Position numbers and translations under genes: made by a program
The notes under the pieces: model-generated
What the model was told of the DNA's origin: nothing
Seen by the model: the letters and a program-made list of their open reading frames with translations, nothing else
Databases searched by the model: none
In this document: in pieces, positions 13,654 to 25,266 of the stretch
Position numbering within the stretch: the stretch's first letter is position 1
Layout of the letters: each line of letters opens with the position of its first letter
DNA from: Nannocystis pusilla
Lineage (GTDB): Bacteria; Myxococcota_A; Polyangia; Nannocystales; Nannocystaceae
NCBI RefSeq assembly: GCF_020073745.1
Contig: NZ_JAIRAU010000047.1
Location: 221,990-285,989, forward strand
DNA: 64,000 nt
Reading direction: 5' to 3'

Positions 13654-14388
13654 TCACGGCCCGACCTCGGGCGGGCTCGCGCCGCCGCCGAGCAGGTCGG
13701 CGAGGCGCCGCAGCAGCCGCTGGTGGCGGCGCGAGATCGTGCTGACGCTGATCGCCAGGTCGGCCGCGACCTCGGTCATCGTCAGCCCGCGCACGTACAC
13801 CGCGTCGATCAGGGCCCGCTCGTCGGCGTCGCAGCGCTCGACCAGCGCGCGCAGCGACAGCCGGACCTCGGGGCCGAACGCGTCGTCGTCGTCGCTGGCG
13901 AACAGGCGCGACAGCACCGCCGCCGCGGTGACCTCGCGGACCAGCTCGGCCGCGTCGCCGAAGCGCTCGCCGATCCGGCGCGGGTCGTCGCCCGGGCGCA
14001 GCCGGATCTCCGCCAGCTCCTGCGTCACCTCGAGCGTGTTGAGCAGCCGGCGCGCGCGCTTGTGGTCGGGGAAGGCGTTGCGGGCGGCGTCGATCATCGC
14101 CCCGCGCACCCGGTAGAACGCGTAGGCCGCGAACGGCACCCCGGCGGCCGGGTCGTAGCGCAGGGCCGCGCGCGCCAGCGCCTCGTAGCCGGCGCTCTCG
14201 CACTCGTCGGGCGCGATCCCGACGACGCGCCGCAGGCTGCGCGCGATGCCCGGCACCCGCGGCGCGAACGCCTCGACGCGCGCGCGCTGCTCCGGCGACA
14301 GACCCGGCCCGCGCGCCGGCGCGGGGTCGGGCGCGAAGGAGGCGTCCTCTTCGACGCCGCGGACGACCTCGTCGTGAGGCTGACTCAT
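13654..14388 (-). CDS. Sigma-70 family RNA polymerase sigma factor (group 3 / FliA-like)
   Basis: Region 2 (GYEALARAALRYDPAAGVPFAAYAFYRVRGAMID) and region 4 HTH (LTMTEVAADLAISVSTISRRHQRLLRRL); ATG 5 bp downstream of an exact GGACATGTCC. Confidence 0.8.
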   Translation of the reverse strand: MSQPHDEVVRGVEEDASFAPDPAPARGPGLSPEQRARVEAFAPRVPGIARSLRRVVGIAPDECESAGYEALARAALRYDPAAGVPFAAYAFYRVRGAMIDAARNAFPDHKRARRLLNTLEVTQELAEIRLRPGDDPRRIGERFGDAAELVREVTAAAVLSRLFASDDDDAFGPEVRLSLRALVERCDADERALIDAVYVRGLTMTEVAADLAISVSTISRRHQRLLRRLADLLGGGASPPEVGP

Positions 14389-14416
14389 AGGACATGTCCT
14401 CGCAGACAGCAGCGGC

Positions 14417-14737
14417 TCAGGCGCCCGCGGCCTCCTGGCTGTCGAGGATGTGCTTGCGCAGCGCGCTCTTCTGCTCGTCGGTGATGTGGACGAAGCGGAT
14501 CGCCATGTCGCTGTCGCCGCCGCGGACGACCGTCCCGGACAGCGGCAGGCTGGCCGACAGGGCCGGGAAGCTGAGCACGAGCGCGACCTGCTGCCCCGCC
14601 TCCTCCCACGCCGGGCCGCCGAACTTGCAGCCGCCGAGGCTGAGGTCGTCGAGGGCGCGGGCCAGGACCACCTCGGAGCCGATGATGTCGGCGTGGGCGT
14701 GGATCCGCAGGCGAGGATGGAAGCGGGCGTCCGTCAC
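14417..14737 (-). CDS. PilZ domain protein (c-di-GMP receptor family)
   Basis: PilZ signature RFHPRLRI (RxxxR) ... DLSLGGC (DxSxGG); ~107 aa from the GTG start; directly upstream of the sigma factor gene. Confidence 0.7.
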   Translation of the reverse strand: MTDARFHPRLRIHAHADIIGSEVVLARALDDLSLGGCKFGGPAWEEAGQQVALVLSFPALSASLPLSGTVVRGGDSDMAIRFVHITDEQKSALRKHILDSQEAAGA

Positions 14738-14782
14738 CGCGCGATGATAGCCGCCCGGACGCGTCGACGACCTGTCGTCGCG

Positions 14783-14820
14783 AAGGGACGCGCTGGCACA
14801 CCGGCCGTGCCCCCCGTGCC
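14783..14820. promoter_or_regulatory. Operator-like double inverted repeat in the PilZ / lipoprotein divergent region
   Basis: TGGCAC-accggcc-GTGCC followed by the perfect palindrome GTGCCAA-A-TTGGCAC (14806-14820). Confidence 0.4.
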
Positions 14821-14943
14821 AAATTGGCACGCAGAGCTCCCTGGCCGCGCTCCCAAGCCGTGCGCTAAGTCCTTGTTTCAAGAAGCGACTTTGAAGGCTG
14901 GCGCGCCTGGCCGCGTGATTGCACAATCCGCCTCGCTCGACCC

Positions 14944-15453
14944 ATGCCCGGACGCTCTCTCGCCCTCGCACTCGCCACGGTGCTCGCCGCGCCCGCCGCC
15001 CTCGGCTGCAAGAACACCACGATCATCCCGGGGACCGAGATCCCCGACACGCCCGACAACCGCGAGATCCTGCAGGTCGTCGAGCGCTTCCGGACCAGCT
15101 TCGTGCGCCAGGATCCGGCCGGCATCCTCGCCACCGCTCACCCGACCTACTACGACGAGTCGGGCACCGACGACCCCAGCGACGACATCGTCTACGAGGA
15201 GCTCGGCCCGATCCTGCGCCGCCGGATCGCCCAGCTCGAGTCGGTCCGCTTCACCATCGAGTACCTCGACATCTACATGCGCCGCGACCGCGCCACCGTG
15301 AACGTGTGGATCGACGCGACCTTCCGCCTCAAGCCGATCCTCGGCGACGACGGCCTGCCCCGCTTCCCGCCGCGCGTGGTGCCCAAGCAGGACTACGCCA
15401 AGTTCGAGCTGATCCGCGAGGGCGACTCCTGGCTGATCACCAAGGGCATCTGA
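14944..15453 (+). CDS. Lipoprotein with SnoaL/NTF2-like fold
   Basis: Signal peptide with lipobox (AALGCK); compact ~150-aa mature domain; good GC3 signal. Confidence 0.65.
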   Translation: MPGRSLALALATVLAAPAALGCKNTTIIPGTEIPDTPDNREILQVVERFRTSFVRQDPAGILATAHPTYYDESGTDDPSDDIVYEELGPILRRRIAQLESVRFTIEYLDIYMRRDRATVNVWIDATFRLKPILGDDGLPRFPPRVVPKQDYAKFELIREGDSWLITKGI

Positions 15454-15464
15454 GCCGCACCTGA

Positions 15465-15550
15465 GCGAACGGGCAGGTCCTCCGGAACCTGTCCGTTCGT
15501 GCATGTCCGTTCGGGCCTGTCGCCGAGGACATGTCGCTGCGGACAGCGTC
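15465..15550. repeat. GGACATGTCC/GGACCTGTCC motif array; convergent intergenic
   Basis: ggaacctgtccgttcgtgcatgtccgttcgggcctgtcgccgaggacatgtcgctgcggacag. Confidence 0.75.
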
Positions 15551-16118
15551 AGCCGCTGCAGGCCCCGCCCGAGCAGGTCTTCTTGCACTTCGCGCCGTCG
15601 CAGCTGCGCGAGCAGGTCCCGCCCGAGCAGGTCAGGTCGCAGTCGGAGCCGGCCTTGCACGTCTGGCTGCAGGTCCCGCCGCCGCAGGTGAACCTGCAGG
15701 TCGCGCCGGCCTCGCAGGTCTGCGTGCACGAGCCGCCGGCGCAGGTGTGCTCGCAGGCGCCGCCGCTGCACGTCTGCACGCAGGCGCCGTCGGGGCAGTC
15801 CTTGCCGCTCGCCGGCTTGGCCTCGTCGCCGCCCTCGGCGGGCGCGCCGAGATGCACGACCTCGCCCGGCAGCTTGATCGTGCCGTCGGCCCCGACCTCG
15901 ACCTCGCCGGCCTTGACGCCCTTCGCGGTGACCGTGACGTCGCCGACCTCGGTGCTGCCGATCTCGACATTGACCTCGCCCGGCTCGACCGGCACCGCCG
16001 TCGCCGGCGCGCTCACGGCCGGCGCGGCGGCCTTCTGCTCCGCCTCCGCGGCGGGCTTCGAGCCGCAGGCGATGAACGACGCCGCCGCGATCGCGGCGAG
16101 GAACGAGAACGTGCGCAT
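15549..16118 (-). CDS. Cys-rich repeat lipoprotein (repeated TC-GG-C units)
   Basis: MRTFSFLAAIAAASFIACGS signal/lipobox; C-terminal CxxGxCxxTC repeats x ~7. Confidence 0.6.
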   Translation of the reverse strand: MRTFSFLAAIAAASFIACGSKPAAEAEQKAAAPAVSAPATAVPVEPGEVNVEIGSTEVGDVTVTAKGVKAGEVEVGADGTIKLPGEVVHLGAPAEGGDEAKPASGKDCPDGACVQTCSGGACEHTCAGGSCTQTCEAGATCRFTCGGGTCSQTCKAGSDCDLTCSGGTCSRSCDGAKCKKTCSGGACSG

Positions 16119-16217
16119 CACGAGCACTCCTTGGTTGCGGCACGACGCTAGCACGCCGGCCGATCGCCCACGGGTCTCGTGCTCCCTGTCCGTGGAGACA
16201 GGTTCGAGATCACGCGC

Positions 16218-17294
16218 TCACGTGCGCGCGTCGACGCCCGGCAGAGCCCGGCAGGTGTCGAGGATCCACCGCTGCAGCGCCATGTACGGCGAGGCGTAGG
16301 CGACGTGCGAGCCGCCCTTGAGGTCCTGGTCGAGCCGGACCAGCGCGGCGTAGGCCGAGCGCAGGCGCGGCTCGCTGAACCCGCGCGCCTGGGCCTCGAG
16401 CCCGCGCACCAGAAACGGCGGCAGCCGGGTCGCGTCCGCCACCCGGCCCGGGTTGACCTTGGCGGTGAAGATCAGGCGGATCTGCCGCGTGAGCATCGCC
16501 AGCACCTGCATCGACACGCCGGCGTCCTTCTCGCCGGCGGCGAACATGCGCGCCAGCACGGCCAGGGCCGCGCTGGCCTCGCCGCGGCCGACGGCGTCGG
16601 TGAGGTCGAAGATCCGCGCCTCGCGGGTGTGGGCCACGATCGCCTCGACGTCGGCGAGCCCGACCGGGCCGTCGCCGGCGTGCAGCAGCGCCTGCTCGAG
16701 CGCCCCCAGCAATTCGCTGCGCCCGGTGCCCACGGAGGCCACCAGCGCCGCCGCGGCGTCGCGGCTGATCTTGCGGCCCTGCGCCTGCGCCTCGCCGACG
16801 ACGAACCCCACCGCCTCGTCGTCGCGCTTGTAGGCCTCGAACTTGTGGGCCCACCCGTTCGCCTTGCACGCGCTCACCAGCTTCGAGCGGCCGTCGATGC
16901 CGCCGCCGCTGATCACCAGCACCGAGGTCGGGCTCGGCGCCTTGATGTAGGCCGCGAGCGCGTCCATCGCCGCCGCCGCGGTGCTCTCGGCCTCGGGGCC
17001 CTTGCCGAGGTCGTCGGGGTTGGCGAGCTCGACCAGCCGCCACTTGCTCATCATCGGGATCTGCGCGCAGGCCGCCAGCACCGGCCCGGCCCCGCTGAGG
17101 TCGACGCCGTCGAAGCGCTCGTGGTTGAAGGCCGCCATCGCCTGCGCGGTCGGGTCGTCGGGCGGGACCACGACCTTGCGCAGCGCCGTGATGACCGCCC
17201 GGATCGCCGCCGGCTCGTCGCCGTAGAGCACGTACACGGGGTCGAGCTTGCCGGCGGCGATCGCCCGCTCGAGCGCGCGCACGTCGTCGCTCAT
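16218..17294 (-). CDS. holA: DNA polymerase III subunit delta
   Basis: MSDDVRALERAIAAGKLDPVYVLYGDEP... is typical of HolA; its ATG overlaps the rlmD stop (ATGA). The ORF track fuses it to rlmD because no in-frame stop intervenes. Confidence 0.8.
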   Translation of the reverse strand: MSDDVRALERAIAAGKLDPVYVLYGDEPAAIRAVITALRKVVVPPDDPTAQAMAAFNHERFDGVDLSGAGPVLAACAQIPMMSKWRLVELANPDDLGKGPEAESTAAAAMDALAAYIKAPSPTSVLVISGGGIDGRSKLVSACKANGWAHKFEAYKRDDEAVGFVVGEAQAQGRKISRDAAAALVASVGTGRSELLGALEQALLHAGDGPVGLADVEAIVAHTREARIFDLTDAVGRGEASAALAVLARMFAAGEKDAGVSMQVLAMLTRQIRLIFTAKVNPGRVADATRLPPFLVRGLEAQARGFSEPRLRSAYAALVRLDQDLKGGSHVAYASPYMALQRWILDTCRALPGVDART

Positions 17295-18661
17295 GACCTG
17301 TCCCTCGGGGCATCCAGGGCCACGATCACCTCGACCTCCGGCGTCATCGGCATCATGTCGATCGCCAGCGCCGCGCTGGCGCGGTGGCCCGCCTCCAGCA
17401 GCGGCTCGAGGTCGCGCGCCAGCGTGGCCGGGTCGCAGGCGACGAACACCGTGCGCCCGCGGGCCACCTGGGCCAGCGCCCGCGCCCCCTGCAGGCCGAG
17501 GCCGGCGCGCGGCGGGTCGAGCACCACGCGGTCGAAGCCGCGGCCCTCGGCGGCGTAGCGGAGCAGCGCCCGCGTGGCGTCGAGCCGGCGCACCTCGACC
17601 TTCGCCTGCCGGCCGGCGCCTGCCTTTTTGGCCAGGCGGAGCAGCGCCGCCGCCGAGCCGCGGTCGTCCTCGACCGCGACCACCTCGGCGGCCTCGCGGG
17701 CCAGCGCGCGCGTGAAGTTGCCGCCGCCGGCGAACAGCTCGAGCACCTGGCCGCCGCGCGCGTCGGCCAGCGCGACCACCCGCTCGACCAGGGCCCGGTT
17801 CTGCGCCGCCTGGGCCTGCGCGAACTCGAAGGGACCTGTCGGAATGGCCATGTCCTCGGGGCCAGCATCTGCCAGCGCCAGGCGCCCGCGCCCGACCACC
17901 AGCTCGCGCCGCCCGCCGCGGGCGACCACGCCGACGACCACGTTGTCGAGCGCCTCGCCCAGCGCGGCCCGCAGGCCCGCCTCGCCGGCGTCGCCCTCGC
18001 GCGGCGCGAGGCCGGGGATCCCCACCACCACCGCGGCGCCGTCGGACAGCAGGTGCAGCTCGCCGCGCCGCAACGACCGCAGCACCTGCGCGAACGCCCC
18101 GCCCGCGCCGGCCAGCGCGTGCAGGCGCGCCAGCGCGTGGTTGAGCGGGGCGTCGAACACGGGGCAGTGCGCGAGGTCGAGGACCTCGTGCGACTGCCGG
18201 CGGTGCAGGCCGAGCCGCAGCGCCTCGCCGACGCGCTCGACGTGCAGGCGGGCGCGCCGGCGGTAGCCGAGCGCCCGCGGGCTCGCCAGCGCGTGCGGGA
18301 CCGCGATCCCGAGCCGGCGCAGCGCGCCCTCGGCGATCTGCCGCTTGAGCTCGGCCTGCGCGGCCGCCCGCGCGTGCTGCAGGCCGCAGCCGCCGCACAC
18401 GCCCTCGACCGGGCACGGGGGCGCCGCGCGGTCGGGGCTGGCCGTCAGCACCTGCAAGGTGCGCCCGCGGATCATCCGCCGGCGCTCCTCCGACCTGACC
18501 GCAAGGACCTGTTCTCCGGGCAATGCCCCTTCGACCAGCCACGTGCGCGTGTCGGCGCCCTCGCCCGCCGCCCGGCCGACGCCCTCGCCGCCGTGGGCGA
18601 TCCCGCGGACCTCGACGCGCTCGCCGGCCGCGGCCTCCATGGCCTCGGTCGTCTTCATCAC
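17291..18661 (-). CDS. rlmD: 23S rRNA (uracil-5-)-methyltransferase RlmD/RumA (TRAM + Fe-S + SAM MTase)
   Basis: 4Fe-4S Cys cluster CPVEGVCGGCGLQH; MTase motif LELFAGGGNFT; GTG start overlaps the upstream stop (GTGA). Confidence 0.85.
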   Translation of the reverse strand: MMKTTEAMEAAAGERVEVRGIAHGGEGVGRAAGEGADTRTWLVEGALPGEQVLAVRSEERRRMIRGRTLQVLTASPDRAAPPCPVEGVCGGCGLQHARAAAQAELKRQIAEGALRRLGIAVPHALASPRALGYRRRARLHVERVGEALRLGLHRRQSHEVLDLAHCPVFDAPLNHALARLHALAGAGGAFAQVLRSLRRGELHLLSDGAAVVVGIPGLAPREGDAGEAGLRAALGEALDNVVVGVVARGGRRELVVGRGRLALADAGPEDMAIPTGPFEFAQAQAAQNRALVERVVALADARGGQVLELFAGGGNFTRALAREAAEVVAVEDDRGSAAALLRLAKKAGAGRQAKVEVRRLDATRALLRYAAEGRGFDRVVLDPPRAGLGLQGARALAQVARGRTVFVACDPATLARDLEPLLEAGHRASAALAIDMMPMTPEVEVIVALDAPRDRS

Positions 18662-19257
18662 TTCTTCTTCTTGGTCTCTTCGGCGTTGACGTCGATGACC
18701 CGCTCGCGCGCCGGCCGCTGCTTGCCGTCGCCCATCTGCGCGAACGGGAAGCTGCCGAAGCCCGCCCCGCCGCCGCCCCCGGCCGGCCCGCCGGGGCCGC
18801 CGCGGCCCTGCTGCTGGGCCTGTTGCTGGGCCTGCTGCATCGCCTGCATCGCCGCCTGCAGGTTGGCCAGCGGGCCGGTGGCCTTGGGCTTGGGCGCGAA
18901 CTGGGCCAGCAGCGCGAAGCCGAGGGCCCCGAGCCCGAGGATGTAGACCGTCGGGTCGGACCCGCGCGACACGCCGCAGGCGACCGCGCCGAGCCAGAAG
19001 AAGAACAGCACGATGGCGAAGCAGCCGGCCCCGCGGGCCAGGCCGAACAGGCCGAGGATCGCCAGCGCGCCGCCGCCGACCATCACCACCGTGGGCAGGT
19101 AGACCGGCGGCCCGTTGAGGAACAGGCCGACGATGACGACCACGGCGCCGACGAGGAACAGCGAGAAGCGCCGCTGCATCTCCTTCTTCATCAGGCTCAT
19201 CGCGTCGGGCGGGAGCTTGCTGAGGTCGAAGGGCATCTGGGGCGGGACTTGGGCCAT
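18658..19257 (-). CDS. Small membrane protein with Gln/Ala/Gly-rich cytoplasmic tail
   Basis: Three predicted TM helices; C-terminal QQAQQQ and K-rich tail; coupled to rlmD. Confidence 0.55.
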   Translation of the reverse strand: MAQVPPQMPFDLSKLPPDAMSLMKKEMQRRFSLFLVGAVVVIVGLFLNGPPVYLPTVVMVGGGALAILGLFGLARGAGCFAIVLFFFWLGAVACGVSRGSDPTVYILGLGALGFALLAQFAPKPKATGPLANLQAAMQAMQQAQQQAQQQGRGGPGGPAGGGGGAGFGSFPFAQMGDGKQRPARERVIDVNAEETKKKK

Positions 19258-19325
19258 GGTGCTCTCGTGGTGCTGCTGCGTCGCGTCGCGTGCGTCCTCA
19301 GGCGTGCGTCCTCAGGGTAGCAGCG

Positions 19326-20489
19326 CTAGCCGGCGACGCGAGCGAAGCGGCGGGCGATCTCGCGACTGATGACGATGCGCTGGATCTCGCTGGTGCCCTC
19401 GAAGATGCGGGTCACGCGGACGTCGCGGAGGTAGCGCTCGACCGGGAATTCACGGGTATAGCCGAAGCCGCCGAGGATCTGCACGGCCCGGTCGCAGGCG
19501 GCCCAGCCGCGCTCGCTGGCCGCCAGCTTGGCCATCGACGCCTCCTGCGTGAACGTGCGGCCCTGTTCTTTGAGCCAGGCGGCGCGCAGCGTGAGCAAAC
19601 GGGCCGCCTCGAGCTCGGTGGCGCTGTCGGCGAGCATCCACTGGATCGCCTGGTAGTCGGCGATCGGGCTGCCGAACTGCTGCCGCTCGAGCGCGTAGCC
19701 GCGGGCGAATTCGGTGGCGGCCAGGCCGCAGCCGAGCGCCAGCCCGGCGATGCCGATCCGCCCGCCGTCGAGCGCCATCATCGCCACGCGGAAGCCCTTG
19801 CCGACCTCGCCGAGCAGCGCCTCGGGCCCGAGCTCGACGTCGTTGAACTCGAGCGGCGTGGTGGTGCTCGCGTGCTGCCCGGTCTTGTGCTCCGGCTTGC
19901 CGCGGACCAGGCCCGGGGCGTCGCCGCGGACCAGGAAGGCGCTGATGCCCTGCGAGCCGGGGGCGTCGCTGGTGCGCGCCCACACCACGAACAGCCCGGC
20001 GTCCGTGCCGCTCGTGATCCACAGCTTCTGCCCGCTCAGCACCCAGCCGCGGCCGTTCGCGGTCGCCCGCGTGCGCATGCCGGCCGGATCGCTGCCGGCG
20101 CCGGCTTCCGACAGGGCGAACCCGCCGACCACGTACTCGCCCGAGCACAGCCGCGGCACGTGCTCCTCTTGCTGCTCCGGCGTGCCGAACTTGGTGACGA
20201 CCTCGGCCACCATGTTGCTGACCGTCATCGCCACCGTGGTGCCGGCGCACGCGCGCGCCAGCTCCACGACCGCCAGGGCGTAGGCGACCGCCCCGGCCTC
20301 GACCCCGCCGAGCCGCTCCGGCACGTTGATGCCGAGCAGCCCGAGCTGCGCCGCCTCGGCCAGGCTCGCGCGCGGGAACCCGCCGGTGACGTCGAGCTCG
20401 GCCGCCCGCGGCGCCAGCGTGCGCTGGGCGAACTGCCGCGCGGTGGCGACGATGAGCTCCTGGCTCTCGGTCGGGGTGAAGTCGATCAT
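19326..20489 (-). CDS. Acyl-CoA dehydrogenase
   Basis: ACAD family signatures (GGFALSEAGAGSD, ...YTREFPVERYLRDVRVTRIFEGTSEIQR). Confidence 0.9.
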   Translation of the reverse strand: MIDFTPTESQELIVATARQFAQRTLAPRAAELDVTGGFPRASLAEAAQLGLLGINVPERLGGVEAGAVAYALAVVELARACAGTTVAMTVSNMVAEVVTKFGTPEQQEEHVPRLCSGEYVVGGFALSEAGAGSDPAGMRTRATANGRGWVLSGQKLWITSGTDAGLFVVWARTSDAPGSQGISAFLVRGDAPGLVRGKPEHKTGQHASTTTPLEFNDVELGPEALLGEVGKGFRVAMMALDGGRIGIAGLALGCGLAATEFARGYALERQQFGSPIADYQAIQWMLADSATELEAARLLTLRAAWLKEQGRTFTQEASMAKLAASERGWAACDRAVQILGGFGYTREFPVERYLRDVRVTRIFEGTSEIQRIVISREIARRFARVAG

Positions 20490-20565
20490 CGTGGTGTCTC
20501 GAAGGGCATGTCCTGGACGACATGCCCGAAAGGGAATGGCCCGAAGGACATGCTCCTTCGGGCAG
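20490..20565. repeat. Tandem array (5 units, exact 14-bp period) with a 10-bp-stem hairpin-capable copy
   Basis: (c)ATG cores at offsets 7,21,35,49,63; contains GCCCGAAGGA-catgc-TCCTTCGGGC. Confidence 0.85.
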
Positions 20566-20570
20566 GCGGC

Positions 20571-21116
20571 TCAGTAGGCCTCGCCGACCTTGCCGGTGTA
20601 CGTGTAGACGTACTCGACCTCGGGCGCCGGGTCGAACTCCCACTTGAAGGCCGACTCCTCGACGCAGGAGGCGAACAGCTTGGCCTCGCGCGGCTGGAAC
20701 TTGTCCTTCGGCACGCCCTTGGGCGGCCGGCGCTCCTTGATGTCCAGGGCCGGGATGTTGACCTTGGTGACCTTGCCGCTGGTGGCGATGGTGACCTCGA
20801 CCGAGAAGGTGCCGGCGATCCAGCGGTTCTCGTAGGCCTCCATGTCGCGCTGCAGGCAGCGGCCGAAGTCGCGCTCGTACACGCTCTCCATGGTGTCCTG
20901 GATCGACGCCAGGGTCTTCGGCGAGACGGAGGCCTGCGTGTTGCGGTCGTACTCGTCGAGGCCCTCCTCGGACTTCACCATGTCCTTGTCGTACTCCGTC
21001 TTGGTGTACTCGGCGTACATGGCGTCCTCGTTGTTGTCCATCTTGTTGAGGTGGCGCTTGGCGCACCCCGGGCCGGCGAGGGCGGCGGCGAGCAGGATCA
21101 CGGTCGTGGTTCGCAT
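20571..21116 (-). CDS. Lipoprotein, function unknown, embedded in the beta-oxidation cluster
   Basis: Lipobox LAGPGCAK; Lys/Glu/Asp-rich (unusual for this GC content), so a genuine CDS. Confidence 0.6.
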   Translation of the reverse strand: MRTTTVILLAAALAGPGCAKRHLNKMDNNEDAMYAEYTKTEYDKDMVKSEEGLDEYDRNTQASVSPKTLASIQDTMESVYERDFGRCLQRDMEAYENRWIAGTFSVEVTIATSGKVTKVNIPALDIKERRPPKGVPKDKFQPREAKLFASCVEESAFKWEFDPAPEVEYVYTYTGKVGEAY

Positions 21117-21186
21117 GGTGGTTCCTCGAGAGGCTCGTGGGGGAGCCGGGCGATCCGGGGCATGATAGCGCGCCCGAGCCCGGCGG

Positions 21187-22332
21187 TCACTTGCGGCGAA
21201 GGAGGCCGGCGGAGATGACGACGCGCTGGATCTCGCTCGTCCCCTCGTAAATCTCGGTGATCTTGGCGTCCCGGAAGTGGCGCTCGACCGGGTACTCGGT
21301 GACGTAGCCGTTGCCGCCGAACACCTGGATCGCGTCCTTGGCGACCTTGTTGGCCGTCTCGGAGGCGAACAGCTTGGCCATCGAGCTCTCGACCGAGTGC
21401 CGCTGCTTCCGCGCCTTGAGGCTCGCGGCCCGGTAGGTCAGCAGGCGGGCGGCGTCGATGCCGACCTGCATGTCCGCGAGCATGAACGCGATCGCCTGGT
21501 GGTCGATGATCCGGCGGCCGAAGGTCTTGCGGTCGAGCGCGTACTCGGCCGCGGCCTCGAAGGCGGCGCGGGCGATCCCGAGAGCCTGGGCGGCGATGCC
21601 GATCCGCCCGCAGTCGAGGGTGGCCATCGCGACTTTGAAGCCGCCGCCGACCTGGCCCAAAATCTGGTCGTCCGACACGCGGTGGTCGGTGAAGAAGATC
21701 TGGCACGAGTGGCTGGCCCGGATCCCCAGCTTGTCGTCCTTCGGCCCGCGCGACACGCCCTCGCCGTGCATGTCGACGACGAACGCGGTGATGCCCGAGT
21801 TGCCGCGCTCGGGGTCGGTCATGGTGAACAGGATCCCGGTGTCCGCCTGCGGGCCGTTGGTGATCCAGTTCTTGACGCCGTTGATGACCCAGCCGTCGCC
21901 GTCGCGCACCGCCGTGGTCTTCTGCGCCGCCGCGTCGCTGCCGGCGTTGGGCTCGCTCAGCATGAAGCAGCCGAGCTTGTCGCCGCGGGCCAGCGGCGCC
22001 AGCCACTGCTGCTTCTGCGCCTCGGTCGCGAACTTCAGCAGCGGGTCGCACACGAGCGAGTTGTTGACGCTCATGATGACGCCCGTCGAGGCGCACGCGG
22101 CCGAGACCTCCTCCATGGCGATGACGTACGAGATCGGGTCGAGGCCCGAACCGCCGTAGGCCTCGGGGACCTCGATGCCGAGCAGCCCGAGCTCGGCCAT
22201 GCGCTTCACCAGCTCGCGCGGGAACCGGGCCTCGCGATCGAGCTCGGCCGCCAGCGGCTTGACCTCGCGGGCCGCGAACTCGCGGACCATGTTCTGCAGC
22301 GCTTCTTGCTCTTCGGTCAACGACAGGTCCAT
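21187..22332 (-). CDS. Short-chain (butyryl-CoA-type) acyl-CoA dehydrogenase
   Basis: Full-length ACAD homolog (GCFMLSEPNAGSDAAAQ, YVTEYPVERHFRDAKITEIYEGTSEIQR). Confidence 0.9.
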   Translation of the reverse strand: MDLSLTEEQEALQNMVREFAAREVKPLAAELDREARFPRELVKRMAELGLLGIEVPEAYGGSGLDPISYVIAMEEVSAACASTGVIMSVNNSLVCDPLLKFATEAQKQQWLAPLARGDKLGCFMLSEPNAGSDAAAQKTTAVRDGDGWVINGVKNWITNGPQADTGILFTMTDPERGNSGITAFVVDMHGEGVSRGPKDDKLGIRASHSCQIFFTDHRVSDDQILGQVGGGFKVAMATLDCGRIGIAAQALGIARAAFEAAAEYALDRKTFGRRIIDHQAIAFMLADMQVGIDAARLLTYRAASLKARKQRHSVESSMAKLFASETANKVAKDAIQVFGGNGYVTEYPVERHFRDAKITEIYEGTSEIQRVVISAGLLRRK

Positions 22333-22351
22333 CGCGCTCTCGCTCCCTCTC

Positions 22352-23146
22352 TCACCGGCCCTTGAACTCGGGCTTGCGCTTGCCGAGGAAGGCCGCCATG
22401 CCCTCCTTCTGATCGGCGGTGTCGAACAGCCCGGCGAACGCCTCGACCTCGAGCGCGTTGGCCTGCGAAAGCGGCAGGCCGGCGCCGGCGTACAGCACCC
22501 GCTTGGCCTCGGCGACGGCCACTGGGCCCATCTCGGCGATCTTGCGGGCGGTGGCGATCGTCGCCGGCAGCAGCTCGGCCGCCGGCAGCACGCGGTTGAC
22601 CAGGCCGATCCGCGCCGCCTCGGCGGCGTCGATGGTGTCGCCGGCGAGGCACAGCTCGATCGCGCGGGCCAGGCCGACGCGGCGGGCCAGCCGCTGGGTC
22701 CCGCCGAAGCCGGGGATCACGCCGAGCTTGACCTCGGGCTGGCCGAACTTGGCGTTCTCCGCCGCGTAGATGAAGTCGCAGGCCAGCGCCAGCTCGCAGC
22801 CGCCGCCGAGCGCGAAGCCGTTGACGGCGGCGATCGTCGGGATCGGCAGCGAGGCCAGCGCGTCGCCGACGGCGTGGCCGCTGCGGGCGAACTCGCGGGC
22901 TGTCCCGACGGACATGTCGGCCATCGCCGCGATGTCGGCCCCGGCGACGAACGCCTTCTCGCCGGCGCCGGTCAGCACCAGCGCGCGCGCCCGGCCGGCG
23001 CGGGCGGCCTCGGCCGCCTCGTCGAGCACGTGCTGCAGGCCGGCGATCACCGCCTGGTTGAGGGCGTTCAGCGCCTTGGGCCGGTTGATGGTGACGACGA
23101 GGACGCCGGCGTCGTCGTCGACGAGGAGCGTGTCGGTGCCGAGCAT
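22352..23146 (-). CDS. Enoyl-CoA hydratase (crotonase)
   Basis: Crotonase fold motifs (VLTGAGEKAFVAGADI, AAVNGFALGGGCELALACD). Confidence 0.9.
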   Translation of the reverse strand: MLGTDTLLVDDDAGVLVVTINRPKALNALNQAVIAGLQHVLDEAAEAARAGRARALVLTGAGEKAFVAGADIAAMADMSVGTAREFARSGHAVGDALASLPIPTIAAVNGFALGGGCELALACDFIYAAENAKFGQPEVKLGVIPGFGGTQRLARRVGLARAIELCLAGDTIDAAEAARIGLVNRVLPAAELLPATIATARKIAEMGPVAVAEAKRVLYAGAGLPLSQANALEVEAFAGLFDTADQKEGMAAFLGKRKPEFKGR

Positions 23147-23152
23147 GGCCGC

Positions 23153-24049
<897 letters not shown>

Positions 24050-24087
24050 GTCCGATCTCCGGTGTCCTAGAGGTCATGCTCGAAAGT

Positions 24088-25266
<1,179 letters not shown>

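Noticed and set aside
14783-14801. Sigma-54 promoter (TGGCAC-N5-TTGC) at TGGCACaccggccGTGCC
   Set aside because: The -12 element (TTGCW) is absent at the correct spacing; better explained as part of an inverted-repeat operator.
16218-18542. Single 774-aa ORF spanning holA and rlmD
   Set aside because: The N-terminal 400 aa is R/G-rich junk in a frame different from rlmD. The C-terminal 359 aa is a clean HolA starting at an ATG that overlaps the rlmD stop, so it is split into two genes.
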